Source: Utricularia gibba
Taxonomy: Eukaryota; Plantae; Magnoliophyta
Reading direction: 5' to 3'
NCBI GenBank assembly: GCA_002189035.1
Contig: NEEC01000002.1
Coordinates: 6,262,001 to 6,326,000, forward strand
Length of the DNA stretch: 64,000 nucleotides
The notes below the pieces were generated by a model, which did no database searches, had not been told where the DNA came from, and saw only the letters and a list, made by a program, of their open reading frames with translations. Numbering within the stretch: the stretch's first letter is position 1; every line of letters starts with the position of its first letter. Positions 24,423-37,577 of this stretch are shown here, in pieces. The position numbers were made by a program, and so were the translations under genes.

Positions 24423-26064
24423 ATGTGTAACCAGAAGCCTGCTTCTCCATCCTCCTTTCTTCCCCGGATACCACTAAAAAAACCCTTCTCCCCGACTCTG
24501 ACAAGGCCATGGTTGTTCATGAAGATGATGATCTGCGTAGATGGCCAACTTTTGCAGAGGTTGCATACAAATCTAATCTTGGAAACACCCATAACTTGAA
24601 ACTCATGTTTGTCTAATCTCTCTGTTGTTGTTGCTGGTTCAGGCCATTGAAGAGAGTAAGGAGATCGGGAAAGTATCAGGGCCTACTGCAATCACAGGGC
24701 TGATACTGTATTCCAGAGCAATGATTTCTATGCTTTTTCTTGGTTATCTCGGCGAGCTTGAGCTCGCCGGCGGTTCCCTCGCCATCGGAGTTGCTAATAT
24801 CACCGGCTATTCGGTTATATCCGGCCTGGCCATGGGCATGGAACCCATCTGCGGCCAAGCTTATGGCGCCAAACAAATGAAGCTTCTTGGGCTTACTCTG
24901 CAACGAACCATTCTCCTCCTCCTCACGTCGTCGATTCCCATCTCCTTCATGTGGCTGAACATGAAAAGGATCCTGTTATGGGGTAAACAAGATGAAGAAA
25001 TCTCATCAGTGGCGCAGACCTTTGTGCTGTTCGCTATCCCGGACCTTTTTGTTCTCTCTTTTCTCCATCCCCTGAGAATCTACCTCAGAACTCAGGGAAT
25101 CACGTTGCCGCTGGCTTACTTATCTTCAGTTTCGGTTCTCCTTCACGTCCCCTTGAATTTCCTTCTGGTCAGGTATCTGAAAATGGGGATTGGAGGAGTA
25201 GCCATGGCAATGGCGTTGACAAATCTCAATCTTGTACTGCTCCTCTGTTCGTACATATACTTCTCCGGCGTGTACCGGGCATCCTGGGTGGCTCCCAGCG
25301 CAGATTGCCTCCGTGGCTGGGCGGCGCTGCTGTCTCTAGCCGTACCCACTTGCATTTCCGTTTGTCTGGAGTGGTGGTGGTATGAGCTCATGATAATGCT
25401 CTGTGGACTGCTGGCGAATCCCAAAGCAACGATTGCTTCGATGGGGATTCTGATTCAGACGACATCGTTGGTCTACGTTTTCCCGTCGTCTCTCAGTTTG
25501 GGGGTGTCGACGAGAGTGAGCAATGAGCTGGGGGCGCGGCGGCCGGCGAAAGCCCGCATTTCGATGATCGTCGCGATGGTGTGGGCGGCGGCGCTGGGTT
25601 TCGGCGCGATGGCTTTAACGACTCTGATGCGACATCGATGGGGGAGATTCTTCACCGGGGACCCCCAGATTTTGAAACTCACCGCCGCCGCGTTACCGAT
25701 CGTGGGCCTCTGCGAAATCGGAAACTGCCCACAAACCACTGGCTGCGGCGTTCTCAGGGGAAGCGCGCGGCCCACCATCGGCGCCAACATCAATCTGGGA
25801 TCTTTCTACTTTGTCGGAATGCCGGTAGCGCTGCTGATGGGCTTCGTGATGAAACTGGGGTTTCCCGGTTTGTGGTTGGGGCTGTTAGCAGCGCAAGGCG
25901 CCTGCGCGGCGCTCATGCTGTATTCTCTCTACAAAACTGATTGGGTGGCGCAGGTGGAGCGTGCGAAACAGCTCACCGGAACGGCGGCCACCGCCGGGCA
26001 ACTCCGATCAGGTCATGATATTGAGACAGGAGACGGCGAAGCAGACCCGTTAGTTAAAACCTAA
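24423..26064 (+). CDS. DTX48: MATE (DETOXIFICATION) transporter, DTX48/ZRZ/ABS4-like; 2 exons; -1 frameshift at C4 run 24462-24465
   Basis: Exon 24423-24559 (MCNQKPASPSSFL...DDLRRWPTFAE, needs +1 base), 83-nt intron, exon 24643-26064 with ELELAGGSL, GMEPICGQAYGAKQ, CLEWWWYE, GNCPQTTGCGVLRG, NLGSFYFVGMPV. Confidence 0.93.
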
Positions 26065-29000
26065 CAGGAGAGAAGCGGGGGAAGCAAAGCTTCAATGTCC
26101 ATTTTTTGTTCTTGTTCCTGCTTTTTTCTTTGCACAAATCTGATTTCCAGTCCAGTTCCATGTACTTTATCCTCCTTACAACATGTTAATGTAATGCTTT
26201 CTTTGTCTGCCTTAACACCAAAGCAAAGACACATGTTATCATTAACATTTGAACTAAAATAATTAATTATATAATAAATTATAAATAACTATAATTCATT
26301 TTAATTTAATATTTTCTAATGTTATTCACGTTTATTATGTATTTGGATTTCACCATTTTTAATTTCAAGAGTTAATATAATTTCTTGCATCTAATGTTTC
26401 CTAACAAGATTTTCTAATATCTATATTCAGACAGTAAAACCACTAGATTAATCATAATGCATATTTTTAAAAAGTATGACTCATATGATTAAAATTAAAA
26501 AATATATTTTTTTAAAAAAATGCATATTGAAATTCAATATTTAGAATAAATGAAAAAAATTAAAAAAATGTATATTTAGAGTTTTGAAAAACATGATTAA
26601 AAGTGTTATATAATTATTTTAATTTACGTATTAGAGAAAATATTTGTAATTAATTATCATATCTAAGTCTATCAAAGATCTAATAAGCTGAGGATATCCC
26701 TATAGTTTTTATCACACACTAACTTAAAAAATATATATTTAAACTTTTTTAATCGTTAGTATGTCCAAAAATTATTATACATCATTAAATCACTCATTCT
26801 CGAAAATCTAGAGTTGATGGGATGGGAGAATTGATCCCAATGAGAGTAGTTTGTGATTTACAGAGAGATTTGCATCTTTGTTTGAGTGTTCATCGAATGG
26901 AGAACAGAGGATTAAAATAATGGGGACGACTGCCACTTGAGGAGGAGCATAAAGGTGAGACTGTCGGCAATTTGAAGCGGCTGGGGGAGAAATGGCTGGC
27001 TGATCCTGTTCCCCTTCGCCATTCACGTTCTTTCCCCATTGCAACCCAACATTCTCGTAAGATACCCATGATTTAAGGTGGATGATTTCTTGGGAAATGG
27101 GTTGCCCGACACTCGAACCAGCAGTACTGCTTACAGAAAACAAGAATGGAGATCGAGCAAGCATGATTTAGTAGTAAGTAAAGTTGGGGAGGGTTCCCTT
27201 ATTCGAGTTGCAATGACAGAATGTTCAACTAGGGAAGCATCTTCTTTTGGGCACACAATTTGGGGGGTGGGATCTGTAGTGGATGGAGTGAGGCTGGAGA
27301 CAAACACTATTGATTTTAGAAGTAGGGGGTGGAATGTGGAGGGGAGAGATTGCAGGCTTTTCTGTCTTGCATTGCTTTGCTCTTTCTCATTGAAAAACTG
27401 CCCCATTTTTGACTTTGTAATGGTACTCCTTTTCATGTCCCTTTGGCAAAGTTGAGTGATAAAAAAATGTCCTTTGATTGCGGGAAGTTGGCTGCACCAT
27501 TCACATCTCACTCAAAAGCATTCCCTTTTAGGGTTATCTCAACTAGGGTTAATGGAGAGTAGTACCTCGTTCTTCCTGCAAAACCCTATGAATCCGACAC
27601 TTTTACCAGACACTACCCACCCATTGGTGCACGCTTGGAGGAAAGCTCAGGCACAAATTTAGATGCTCTTGCTTATTAGGGACAGCTTTTTACAAGTGCT
27701 TTGAAGCTGATGTGCTGTTATTGGGTACATTCATTGGTGCATTGGCATGAGCAGTTTGATGTTGTAGTTGCCATTATCTTGTCTCCCCTACTTGCTTCTG
27801 TAAAGGCACCCCAGGCATATATTATCAGATATGATTCCCCAACTTGTGCTAAGCAGGCTCAATGACCCCCACACCTTTACATGGCGATAAGATTATTCCC
27901 CATGTCACTCCTTCATTGCTTGGTAAAGAGCATGAAAGCGATACTAAACCGGCTTAGTTTGTTTGCAAGCTAGGGTTGGTTTGTGGGTTCGTCAGTTTAG
28001 TTTCACAGTGCCCCCACAGGCCACATCTGATCGTGTTTCAGTCCCTCACGTTTAAACTCTTCAACTGCAGTCTCTCAACTTTCTTGGATGTGGTCAATGT
28101 TGCGTATGCCCGATTGCTTATGGTTGTTTGTTCTTCTGGGGCACTTTTGTTTTGTGTAATAACAACAAGAAGGTGATTCTTACCAATAATGAATGAACCC
28201 AGCGTCTTACCAGCAACCAACAACCCAATAATGAAGCAGGGAGAAGGAAGAAGAATGGAGATGGAGAATCTGTAAGGGAGCCATTGCCTTGTTCTGATTG
28301 GCCATATTTCCGAATATGGTTTCGGTTGTGAGGAAGCAGCCATGGAAGGGAACAGAGTCCTGGAAACTGAAGACACAGTATACATAAGCCATTATTGACC
28401 CTGTCTCTTGTCATGTGACACAGACCATTCCCCTCTCTCCACCTCACCGTTTTAGGCTAAACATTTCAGATTTTTTAGGGTTTTCAGTGACGATGGAATC
28501 CATTAACACCCCACTTGATACCGCAAAGTTTCATCGAGGTTCCTCCCTCGATGCCACTTGCAGTAGACGTCGAAATTCGATCAAAAAAGATACAAAAAAG
28601 GGGTTCTGGTTCATCTGCACATCCCACCGTAAAAATCGCATAAAGTAGCAGTTTTGATAGAAAGAAGGGAAGAAACTATTTTTAAATCCAAGAATGGATA
28701 GACAAAGTATTCCTCTATATAACAAAAACACTTGAACAAAACGAATCAATTTTATGTGTATCCCCCAGATCTTTCTTTATTGGTAGCAGAAAGAGGGTTA
28801 GCGGGAGTTTCAAGTACTCAGGACCATTGGAGCTGGCGTCTGGTGTGAATGAATGATGTCTGTGTGAGCCCCGACCAGAGGATGAGGTTCTGGGGTTCTG
28901 AGTACCAAGAAATAGCAATAATTGGATGTGGGCATGGGGATAAATTATTGCACCACCTGCATTAACTCGAATATGGTCTAAAGGTAGCTAACTGTACTGT

Positions 29001-31430
29001 GCACACCTCCCAGGTTTCAAATTGCATGATGCTTCTTGCTACAAGCCGGTAGAACGACATTAATTAATACTTTGTTAAGGGCTGGTTTCTGAACACACAC
29101 ACGCGTGTGCTTGGGTGAGTTGAAGTGGATTGGTGGGTGGGGGAAATCATTTGTGCTCAATGATGAGTCATTGGATTTTTGAAAGAGAGCAATTCGTGTG
29201 GGTGAGGCATGGGTAAGAAAAAACGCTGCAAAGTCCAAACGACAGTGGCCCTCCTTGCTGCTGTGCTGGTGGACCATTCTCTTTTGTCTGATAAATGCAC
29301 ACAAAATGACAAGCAAAGCTACACTACTCCAACCCCCTTTTGTAATTTGCATATGCCCACACGGGAGCCTTCTTAAACCAATTCTTGAATGAACTTTGAC
29401 AGTAGACCAGCCGGGGTAGCATCTTCATGGAAGCCACGTCCGACCCTTTTCTGTGGAATAGCAGAAAGGAGCTTATTTTGAATGAATTGAGGAGCTTTTT
29501 GGGTTGCAGGCACGGGGATAAACACAATTTCTGAGATAAAAGTGGAACTGGGTGTCTTTATGGAGCCAAAAAGGTTGTTTATTTACCTGCACAGAGTCCC
29601 AGACGCAGAGGCAGACTCAGACTCGTTGCTGCTTCATGCTGCAAGCTCCTAAACTTGCTCGCACATGCAGGACCACTGAGGGTAATGGGCCATCGAAAAG
29701 AAGTAACTTTTGGCAACAAAACAAAGCAAAACAGACAAAGATCCATGTTTGGTGGGAGATTAGTTGTGGCAAGAGATTCGTAGACTCATTCAAACACAAA
29801 ACGTATGGTTTCTTTCTTAGATCTCAGCTTCCACCGGTCAATGTGTAGCTGCTGCCGACAGATATGTGGAAAGGCAAATAATTGGACAATTCAACTCGTG
29901 TTGTTGTGTCAAAGAAGAAAAGCAACTGCTTTACAACTACAAGAACATTCCCAGAAGACTTGTGTTCGAAAACAACACGGCGTTTACAGAATCATTTGAA
30001 AGAATCCCACTTTGCTTCCATATTTGACAGAACACAACACGCATTTTTGACACTGTTTTTTTTTCCTGTTCTCCGGATTCGACTTTGGACGGAGCCAATC
30101 AAAAGAAAAAGGTATAAATGTGAATGAAGTTTCTTAAGCAGCCACCACAAACAAGTAGCGTGTATGAGCCAAGTAGCTTCATAATCTCAACAACTTGGGG
30201 GAGTTTGATCGGGTTATGTCCAGCGGTCAGCATCTGGGTGACTCCTGTGTGACGCAGTTTTCTTCCAATGGGGAATAATAGTAGGAATGCTTCCATCAGT
30301 TTCCCACTAAAAAAGTAATTCTTGGAATCCCCCTCGTCTTTTTCAAGAATGTCATCCTGCAGGTGCGTCATTCAAATTGGTGGATTGTACTGCTGAACCT
30401 TATCTTTGCTTTCTTTTATTGCCTCCTCCAACGAGGCATCTGTTACCGATAGGAACAGATGATAAACACTTCCAATAACAAGAATTAAAACAGCAAAACA
30501 CCATGTTCAGCAGAAATGGGCTAAAAACAGCAACAGGCTGATCTGGTATCATGTACACAGAGCATTCATGTCACAAAAGTATCATCAAATTTAAGGCCTT
30601 TACCAGCAGTTTCTTGATAAACAGAGCGCACTCCAGGAGTTGAACAAATTGACTTTGATACCATACAGTGATTGTTAGGCGGAGTGCCAGAAAATCATCA
30701 ACATATGAAAAATATCACCATGACAGAACAGAGTAGGGAAAAGAAAACACTTTTTACATCCCAGCTACAACAACAAACACACAGATCAATAGAATGACTT
30801 GAAGAAGAAAATGCCTGAATAGCTACAACAGCAGCCATGGCCTCAACATAATATCCAAACCAGCGTTCTTATGCTTGATGATCCATGTAAAATCACTTCA
30901 AGGTTCAAGACACCCCCAGCTAATCACAATTGGAAACGTAGTTCAACATCAGTCATAGAGTTTAATGTAGATGCAGGATAGAGCTATGCGAAGTGACCCA
31001 AAAGACAAAACGACATACACATCGGAAACTTTAAGCCCAAAATATGAATGAAAAGCGTGGAGAAAAAAATGGGCTGTGTAGTTGATACCCAATATGAATA
31101 CAGCAATGGTTTGAGAAGATCCAGATCCAACAAACGGAAGCTCCATGAGCCTGTTCACTGGACAAGATTACATCTTTCGTTTGCTTCAGTGATGATAAAC
31201 TCGCGGCCAAATTACTATCGTTATCCACCGCCACTACAAATTACAAAAGCACATGCTTTTGTAAACCATTCTAAATCCTGGGAATTAGGGTTTACAAAAG
31301 TCTGAGGCTTTCAATTTGTGTTGCTAATCATCTATCACAATATATAAATTGACGATAACGGATCAACTAGAGGGATCCGATTGCACACTTCCCGACGCAA
31401 GGTTGAGGTCTGAGGTATTCGGGTCGGAAG

Positions 31431-31759
31431 ATGGAAGGATGGGACCCCACGACGAAGTCGACATTGACGGAAATTCCTCTCCTTTCGTTGAAGGCCGGGC
31501 CTCGCGACGGCGCCGCCTGGACACAGCGGCTGAAAGAAGAGTACAGGGCGCTGATTGCCTACACCTCCATGAACAAGTCGAAAGACAATGACTGGTTTCG
31601 GATCTCCGCCGCGAATCCCGAGGGTACGCGGTGGACGGGGAGGTGTTGGTATGTTCACAATTTGCTGAAGTACGAATTTGATTTGCAGTTCGATATTCCT
31701 GTGACCTACCCTGCTACTGCTCCGGAAATTGAGTTGCCCCAACTCGACGGAAAGACTCA

Positions 31760-31791
<32 letters not shown>

Positions 31792-32658
31792 GTTGTTGTT
31801 GTCGTCTTTCTTTTGTTGCCAATTGAAACTTCAGTTTTTCCTTGTCGTCTTTTCAGATGTATAGAGGGGGTAAGATTTGCCTCACGGTGCACTTCAAGCC
31901 CCTGTGGGCAAAAAACTGGTAACTTATACTATCTCTCCTTGATTACAGGATTGTTTATGGTTCTAGGGGCTGTGTGCAGCTGTTGCTGTGTGTATTTCAC
32001 ACATGAAGCACAGCATAGTACCAATGCTCTACACATGCCATTCTGGTTCTCCTTTATTATTTTGTGATGATCATTGTCGTTCCCAATCTCTGTGTGTTGA
32101 GTGCATCCTCTATCTATGAAGCTAAATGCCGTTCGTGCATCTCTGTCTCCGAAGAGTAGTATTATCCTAGCACTCCAGATATAGTTTTACCGCAATTAGT
32201 GTTGTCTCAAAAGGATATGCTCGTTCTTTGATTCCCTTAGTTTCTTTTCATGCATTGCATCTTCTTTGTATGTTTTAGTTTTCTGGAACCCCCAGGAAGC
32301 TTCACAACCAGCAGTTCAGGATATGTATCCTTGTGTTTGCAGAATTCATTGCTTAACAAAACAAGCCTGAAACTTTTCATAAAACCTGCTTGATTTTCCT
32401 TGGCATTCCAATCTTGTTTTCATATCATCCAGCAGAAAGCTTTCATCTTTCTTCCGTGTGGTGACTGATTCAACTTCCCTTGTGTTACCTACCAGCCCTA
32501 GGTTCGGAATAGCACACGCCCTGTGTTTGGGCCTCGCCCCCTGGCTCGCAGCTGAAATCCCTATCCTCATCGATTCTGGGATGGTCAAGCACAAAGATGA
32601 TGCGGCTGTAATCCCCGCATCCCTTGATTCTAAGGACGATGCAGCTTCATCCAAGTGA
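31431..32658 (+). CDS. UFC1: Ubiquitin-fold modifier-conjugating enzyme 1 (UFM1 E2); 3 exons
   Basis: Exons 31431-31763, 31857-31918, 32496-32658: [67 protein letters not shown]. Confidence 0.96.
31765..31791. repeat. Poly(T) tract (27 nt) followed by (GTT)n at the start of UFC1 intron 1
   Basis: Seen directly in the sequence. Confidence 0.9.
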
Positions 32659-33297
32659 TTCAATCCCTGATGAATACTTCTGTACTGTTTACATCTTTTT
32701 GTTCAAGGATGTTGCAGGAGTGCCGATGAGATCGTGTACGACATATCTACAATCTTGGAAAATAAAAGTGGGAATGGATTCCAAGTTTATTAGTTTCTGC
32801 ATTTCTCTGAGCTAATTACATCAGTTTCAGAAAAATCTAGTCTTCAACAGAAGTTCAGATTTTTCTTGAAACCCAAGTATCTAAAATCTAATCACAGGGT
32901 ATGTTCAGACACGGGTGGTGGGGTGTCCACGGCAACAAGATCGTGTAAGCCATAGCTTTCTGAAATCCGAATGGCTAATCTCCACCACTGGTTTGTGTTT
33001 TGTAGTACAAAAAAAAAGCATCTTGGGAATAGAAATGAATATCTGCAATGGAGATGTGGATAAAGCTTTGGCTAGGATCAACCAATCAGAATTCAGAGAA
33101 ATCCGGCAGATAAACTTTCTCCACTAAATTTTACACCTCGATGGCAGGGACACAGAGGTATTTATAACTGTCGAAGCGGGGGGGCTTGTGGATTGCCAAC
33201 GCCGAGCAACCCTGAATTCCGATCTCTTTGATCGGGGGTCTTCTTGTTCGACTGATCGGGATTTTCGATTTGGGGTTTGCGGAATTTGGAGGTTGCG

Positions 33298-35317
33298 ATG
33301 GCTGTGACGAGTTCCTTCGTAGGGTCTAAGCTCGACGCTTTGCTTGTTAGCAATGCGACGTCGTCCTCTGCGTCGCCGGCGCAGAGTTTCTTGCCGTGTA
33401 AGATGTTGGGAGGTCGCGCAAAGAAGACGGATTCTTTGGGGAGGAATTCGATCATCGTTCGGTGTAAGGCTGCTGCTGATGCTGTGATTGAGACTGAGAA
33501 ATTGGACTCGATTGCTTCTGCTTCTGCTTCCAGCATCTCCGCGCTTGAGCAACTCAAGACATCCGCTTCTGACAGTAAGCATGCATTTCCCCTCTTCCCC
33601 TGCATCTTGCTTGATTCCTGCTTAATAAGCTTGAGCATTCGTGTATACTCAATGGCTTGTTGGTAAGGTCTTATTTCTGCTTGTGACTGACCCCTTCTGG
33701 TCTAACGTACATTTCATCTCATATGATGATTTTTTGACAATCACACTCCAAAAAAAGTAGTTTTTTGTAGAATAATGTGGCTTATGCATGACTTGAACCT
33801 ATGCTGTGGACTTGTTCGGTGATGCTGTTAAATGATTCTGTTCAGGGTATACTAAAGAAAGAAGCAGCATTGTTGTCATTGGCCTTAGTGTTCATACTGC
33901 ACCTGTGGAAATGAGAGAGAAGCTTGCTATTCCTGAAGCAGAGTGGTCCAGAGCTATCACTGAGCTCTGTGCTTTGAATCATATTGAGGAAGCTGCTGTC
34001 CTCAGCACATGCAATAGAATGGAAATTTATGTGGTTGCTCTTTCTCGGCATCGTGGGGTTAAAGAGGTCACTGATTGGATGTCAAAGGTGAACTCCTCAA
34101 CCCTGCCATGAATGAAAAACACTGGACATTTGGAGTGCCTATTTCTGTTTACTCACAAAACACATTCATCTCTTTCACAGGCAAGTGGGATTCCTGCAAG
34201 GGAGATATGCGAGCACCGTTTCCTCCTATATGACAGTGATGCAACACAGCACATCTTTGAAGTGTCTGCTGGACTTGACTCCCTAGTATTAGGTGAAGGC
34301 CAGATCCTAGCTCAGGTGAAACAAGTTGTTAAAGTTGGGCAGGGTGTGGATGGCTTCGGGCGTAACATAAGTGGGCTGTTCAAACATGCCATTACTGTGG
34401 GAAAGAGGGTGAGAACTGAAACCAATATCGCAGCTGGGGCTGTTTCTGTGAGTTCAGCAGCTGTGGAATTGGCCTTCATGAAGCTTCCTGAATCTTGCCA
34501 CTCCACAGCTAGAATGGTGGTCATTGGTGCTGGCAAGATGGGAAAGCTTGTGATCAAGCATTTAGTTGCGAAAGGGTGTACAAAAATGGTGGTAGTGAAT
34601 CGCAGCGAGGACAGAGTCACAGCAATCCAAGAAGAGATCAAGGATGCCCAGATAACATATAAGCCTCTCTCTGAGTATCTAAAATGTGCATCAGAAGCAG
34701 ATGTTGTTTTCACCAGTACATCTTCTGATACACCTTTGTTTGTCAAAGAGAATGCTGCTGATTTCCCTCCTGTTAGCTCCCAAGTTGGCGGTTTTCGTCT
34801 TTTCGTTGATATTTCAGTTCCAAGAAACGTTGGAGCATGCATGAACGAGCTGGAAGGGACAAGGGTGTACAACGTAGATGATCTCAAGGAAGTAGTGGCT
34901 GCCAACAAAGAAGACAGGCTTCGCAAAGCCATGGAAGCGCAAGCCATCATCACAGAGGAATCAAAGCAGTTTGAAGCTTGGCGTGACTCTCTGGAAACAG
35001 TTCCTACCATCAAGAAACTGAGGGCGTATGCAGAGAGAATCAGAGCAGCAGAGCTGGATAAATGCTTGTCAAAAATCGGAGACGACATCCCCAAGAAGAC
35101 CCGGAAGGCTGTGGATGATCTTAGCCGGGGCATTGTGAACAAGCTACTCCATGGACCAATGCAGCATCTGAGATGCGATGGAAGTGACAGCAGAACTCTG
35201 AGTGAAACACTAGAGAATATGCATGCTCTGAATAGAATGTTCAGCTTGGAAACTGAAATTTCTGTGCTGGAACAGAAGATCAGAGCGAAGGTTGAGCAGG
35301 CCCAGAAGTCAGTCTAA
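33298..35317 (+). CDS. HEMA1: Glutamyl-tRNA reductase, plastid; 3 exons
   Basis: Exons 33298-33574, 33846-34087, 34181-35317. Transit peptide, [61 protein letters not shown]. Confidence 0.97.
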
Positions 35318-36526
35318 GATTCATCACTGATTGTTGCTTCTCAGACCAAGAGAGTTAACTCAACTCCTCCATGTATACACATTGAGATGCATCTGATTCT
35401 GTGCAAACCTACACCCCAATTCAATGTTTTAATGGTAACCAGATTCCATCCCTCCTGCCTAACAGGAGACCACATTCTGAAGTCATAGTTACATACTTTT
35501 TTTCAGCACACAACACAACATGCTTGGGTTGGAGCCCCCACACGAAAACAAATTGTTTTGTATAATCAAACCAAAGGCAAGAGCAGAAGAAAGTAGGTGC
35601 GAGATGTCTTTCACTTCTGAAATGGACGTGATTCCATTTTCTCAAAAGTAAAGAAAGCAAAAAGCTTGGGCAAATTCCAGCCACAAAATTGGCATGTATC
35701 TGCTCAGGGATCATCATTGGGTCCATTTTCACGACCAACTTTTCCTTCAGATCTTCTTATCCCTCAACGGCGACGCCCCACATGCAAAGGGATCGAAGAC
35801 ACCACCATCGTCCACCATCTTTGTGCCTCTTTCGAGCAGCACAGCCTAAAGTAATCCTATTGAATAGAGAGAGACCATTCTAGAAGATTGTTTCTGTGCC
35901 CAGAAGCATCCTGAATAGAGATCCAGAGCTGCACGTACGAGGACATTTTGGTCTTTTCATAAAATGCCTTATAATGGGTTTAAAATATTCAAAGTTCAAA
36001 TCTTTTAGACGTTTGGTCCAGATCTAACATCCTTTTTATTAATTTGGAAAGAAAATAATTGGTTTAAAATATTTAATTTATAGTTATTTAAGATATTTAA
36101 TTAATTTGATTTAAAATTTTCATATTTAATACTTTTATAAATATAAAAAAAATACAAAATACTAATCTAAATTTTCTTCAAGTGTGACATGAACCCAAGA
36201 TTAAAATTTTCACGTTACCAAACATATTTTACGAATTCGTTATATAATAAAAATTAATATTATTTATTTAATCTTGATCATCGTATATTCACGTATTTCG
36301 TATATTTACATATGTTTGATGTTCTCAACATTATCCAATCTATCAAATATACTCTAAATGTGACCATAATTTTTGCAAGACACGTAAGAGACATAAACCA
36401 CAGTCATCTGACGAGCATATTGGAAAATTACATTACTCGTGTTTATTAAGACGAACCTCGGCTGCCGGAGGCTGATCTGCGGCTGGTTTTCGATGACGGC
36501 AAAAAGACCGGAAACCCGGTTTCAGA

Positions 36527-36913
36527 TCAATGTCGCTGATTGATCGGGGCGACTCCAGTTGCCAACTGTCGCAGCAAGTGGTCGCGCAAGGCTGCGAGTT
36601 GTCGCCGGAGAGAAATCGACTCGGAGAAGAGGCGGTCGGCTTCAAGCCGGGCCGAGTCGCAGCTGCGGGCGATTGAGGAGAGGCGGTCTTTCAGCTCCTG
36701 GTTCTGGATTCTGAGACGGTTCACCTCTTCCGCCAGCTTCTCCAGCAGCTGCTTCTTCCGCAGGCGGCATCGCCGGGAGGATTCGCGGTTGGATATCAGG
36801 CGGCGCTGCTTCCTCTCGTCGGGATCCCATTTCAGGAGACGCCAGAGGTCTTCTTGGTTCTCAAGTGGAGATAAGGGAGTGTGCTCCGGTGCCGGGTTCT
36901 GGTTCGATGCCAT
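36527..36913 (-). CDS. Small intronless bZIP transcription factor (group S-like, 128 aa)
   Basis: DERKQRRLISNRESSRRCRLRKKQ basic region (N-x7-R) followed by heptad leucines. Confidence 0.85.
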   Translation of the reverse strand: MASNQNPAPEHTPLSPLENQEDLWRLLKWDPDERKQRRLISNRESSRRCRLRKKQLLEKLAEEVNRLRIQNQELKDRLSSIARSCDSARLEADRLFSESISLRRQLAALRDHLLRQLATGVAPINQRH

Positions 36914-37033
36914 GGTTCTCCCTTATGCCACTGAGAAAATGGAGCAGAGTCCTGGTACTTGTACGGAGGTGAGGGGGAATTGTTTAATTCGTGAATATAT
37001 CGAAAATTTTGTTAATAGAGTTTAAAACAATAT

Positions 37034-37054
37034 TATATATATATATATATATAT
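37034..37054. repeat. (TA)n microsatellite
   Basis: About 10 TA units upstream of the bZIP gene. Confidence 0.85.
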
Positions 37055-37577
37055 TGAATTACAAAAGCTTTATATTAAACATATTCAAGTTTTATCAATT
37101 ATTTTTATTTTTATATCTATTTAGGAAAATTGTATAGATAATTCTTATTATGTTTCCAAATGAGATAATAGGCTTGAAAAATATTAATGTTTAAAATTGA
37201 ATAAAAGCAATCATTAATGATGTATTATTCAAAAAATTGACCTTTATTATCAAATTTTCATTTCTATTCAAATTTTATCTCTTGGACATTGGTCATCGTA
37301 CACCATAGTAAAATTTCGATATGAGTTAGGATTTATTAATGAAAAATATATTTTTTCAAATAATAAAATAATACGAATCAAACAACGTATTTTCTCCTAG
37401 ACAATAACTCAATCTAAGCTATAATCTAAATTAATATAAATGTTTAATAAAATCAATACATAATATAACCAACTTGAATATCATTAAAATCAAACATAAA
37501 AAATAGAAACATTGACATTCGAAAAATTCAGCGTAAATCTTCTCAATAAACTGCATGTTTTATTTTTATATTTAGAG

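Noticed and set aside
27095-27125. Minus-strand GCTGGTTCGAGT resembling a tRNA T-loop
   Set aside because: The T-stem does not pair and there is no cloverleaf.
28845-28858. GTGAATGAATGATG, like the MIR159/319 3' arm
   Set aside because: No partner ATTCAT arm and no mature miRNA; no hairpin forms.
30507-30590. Minus-strand TGATGA...CTGA ~80 nt apart as a C/D snoRNA
   Set aside because: No terminal stem, no D' box, and no rRNA complementarity I could recognise.
34312-35142. 276-aa minus-strand ORF, plus similar antisense ORFs at 25143-25793, 36540-37025 and 14176-14509
   Set aside because: Shadow ORFs of GC-rich CDS (HEMA1, DTX48, bZIP, DUF1005) with no independent motifs.
35421-35883. Short ORFs downstream of HEMA1
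   Set aside because: No recognisable motif in any frame, even with a homopolymer correction.
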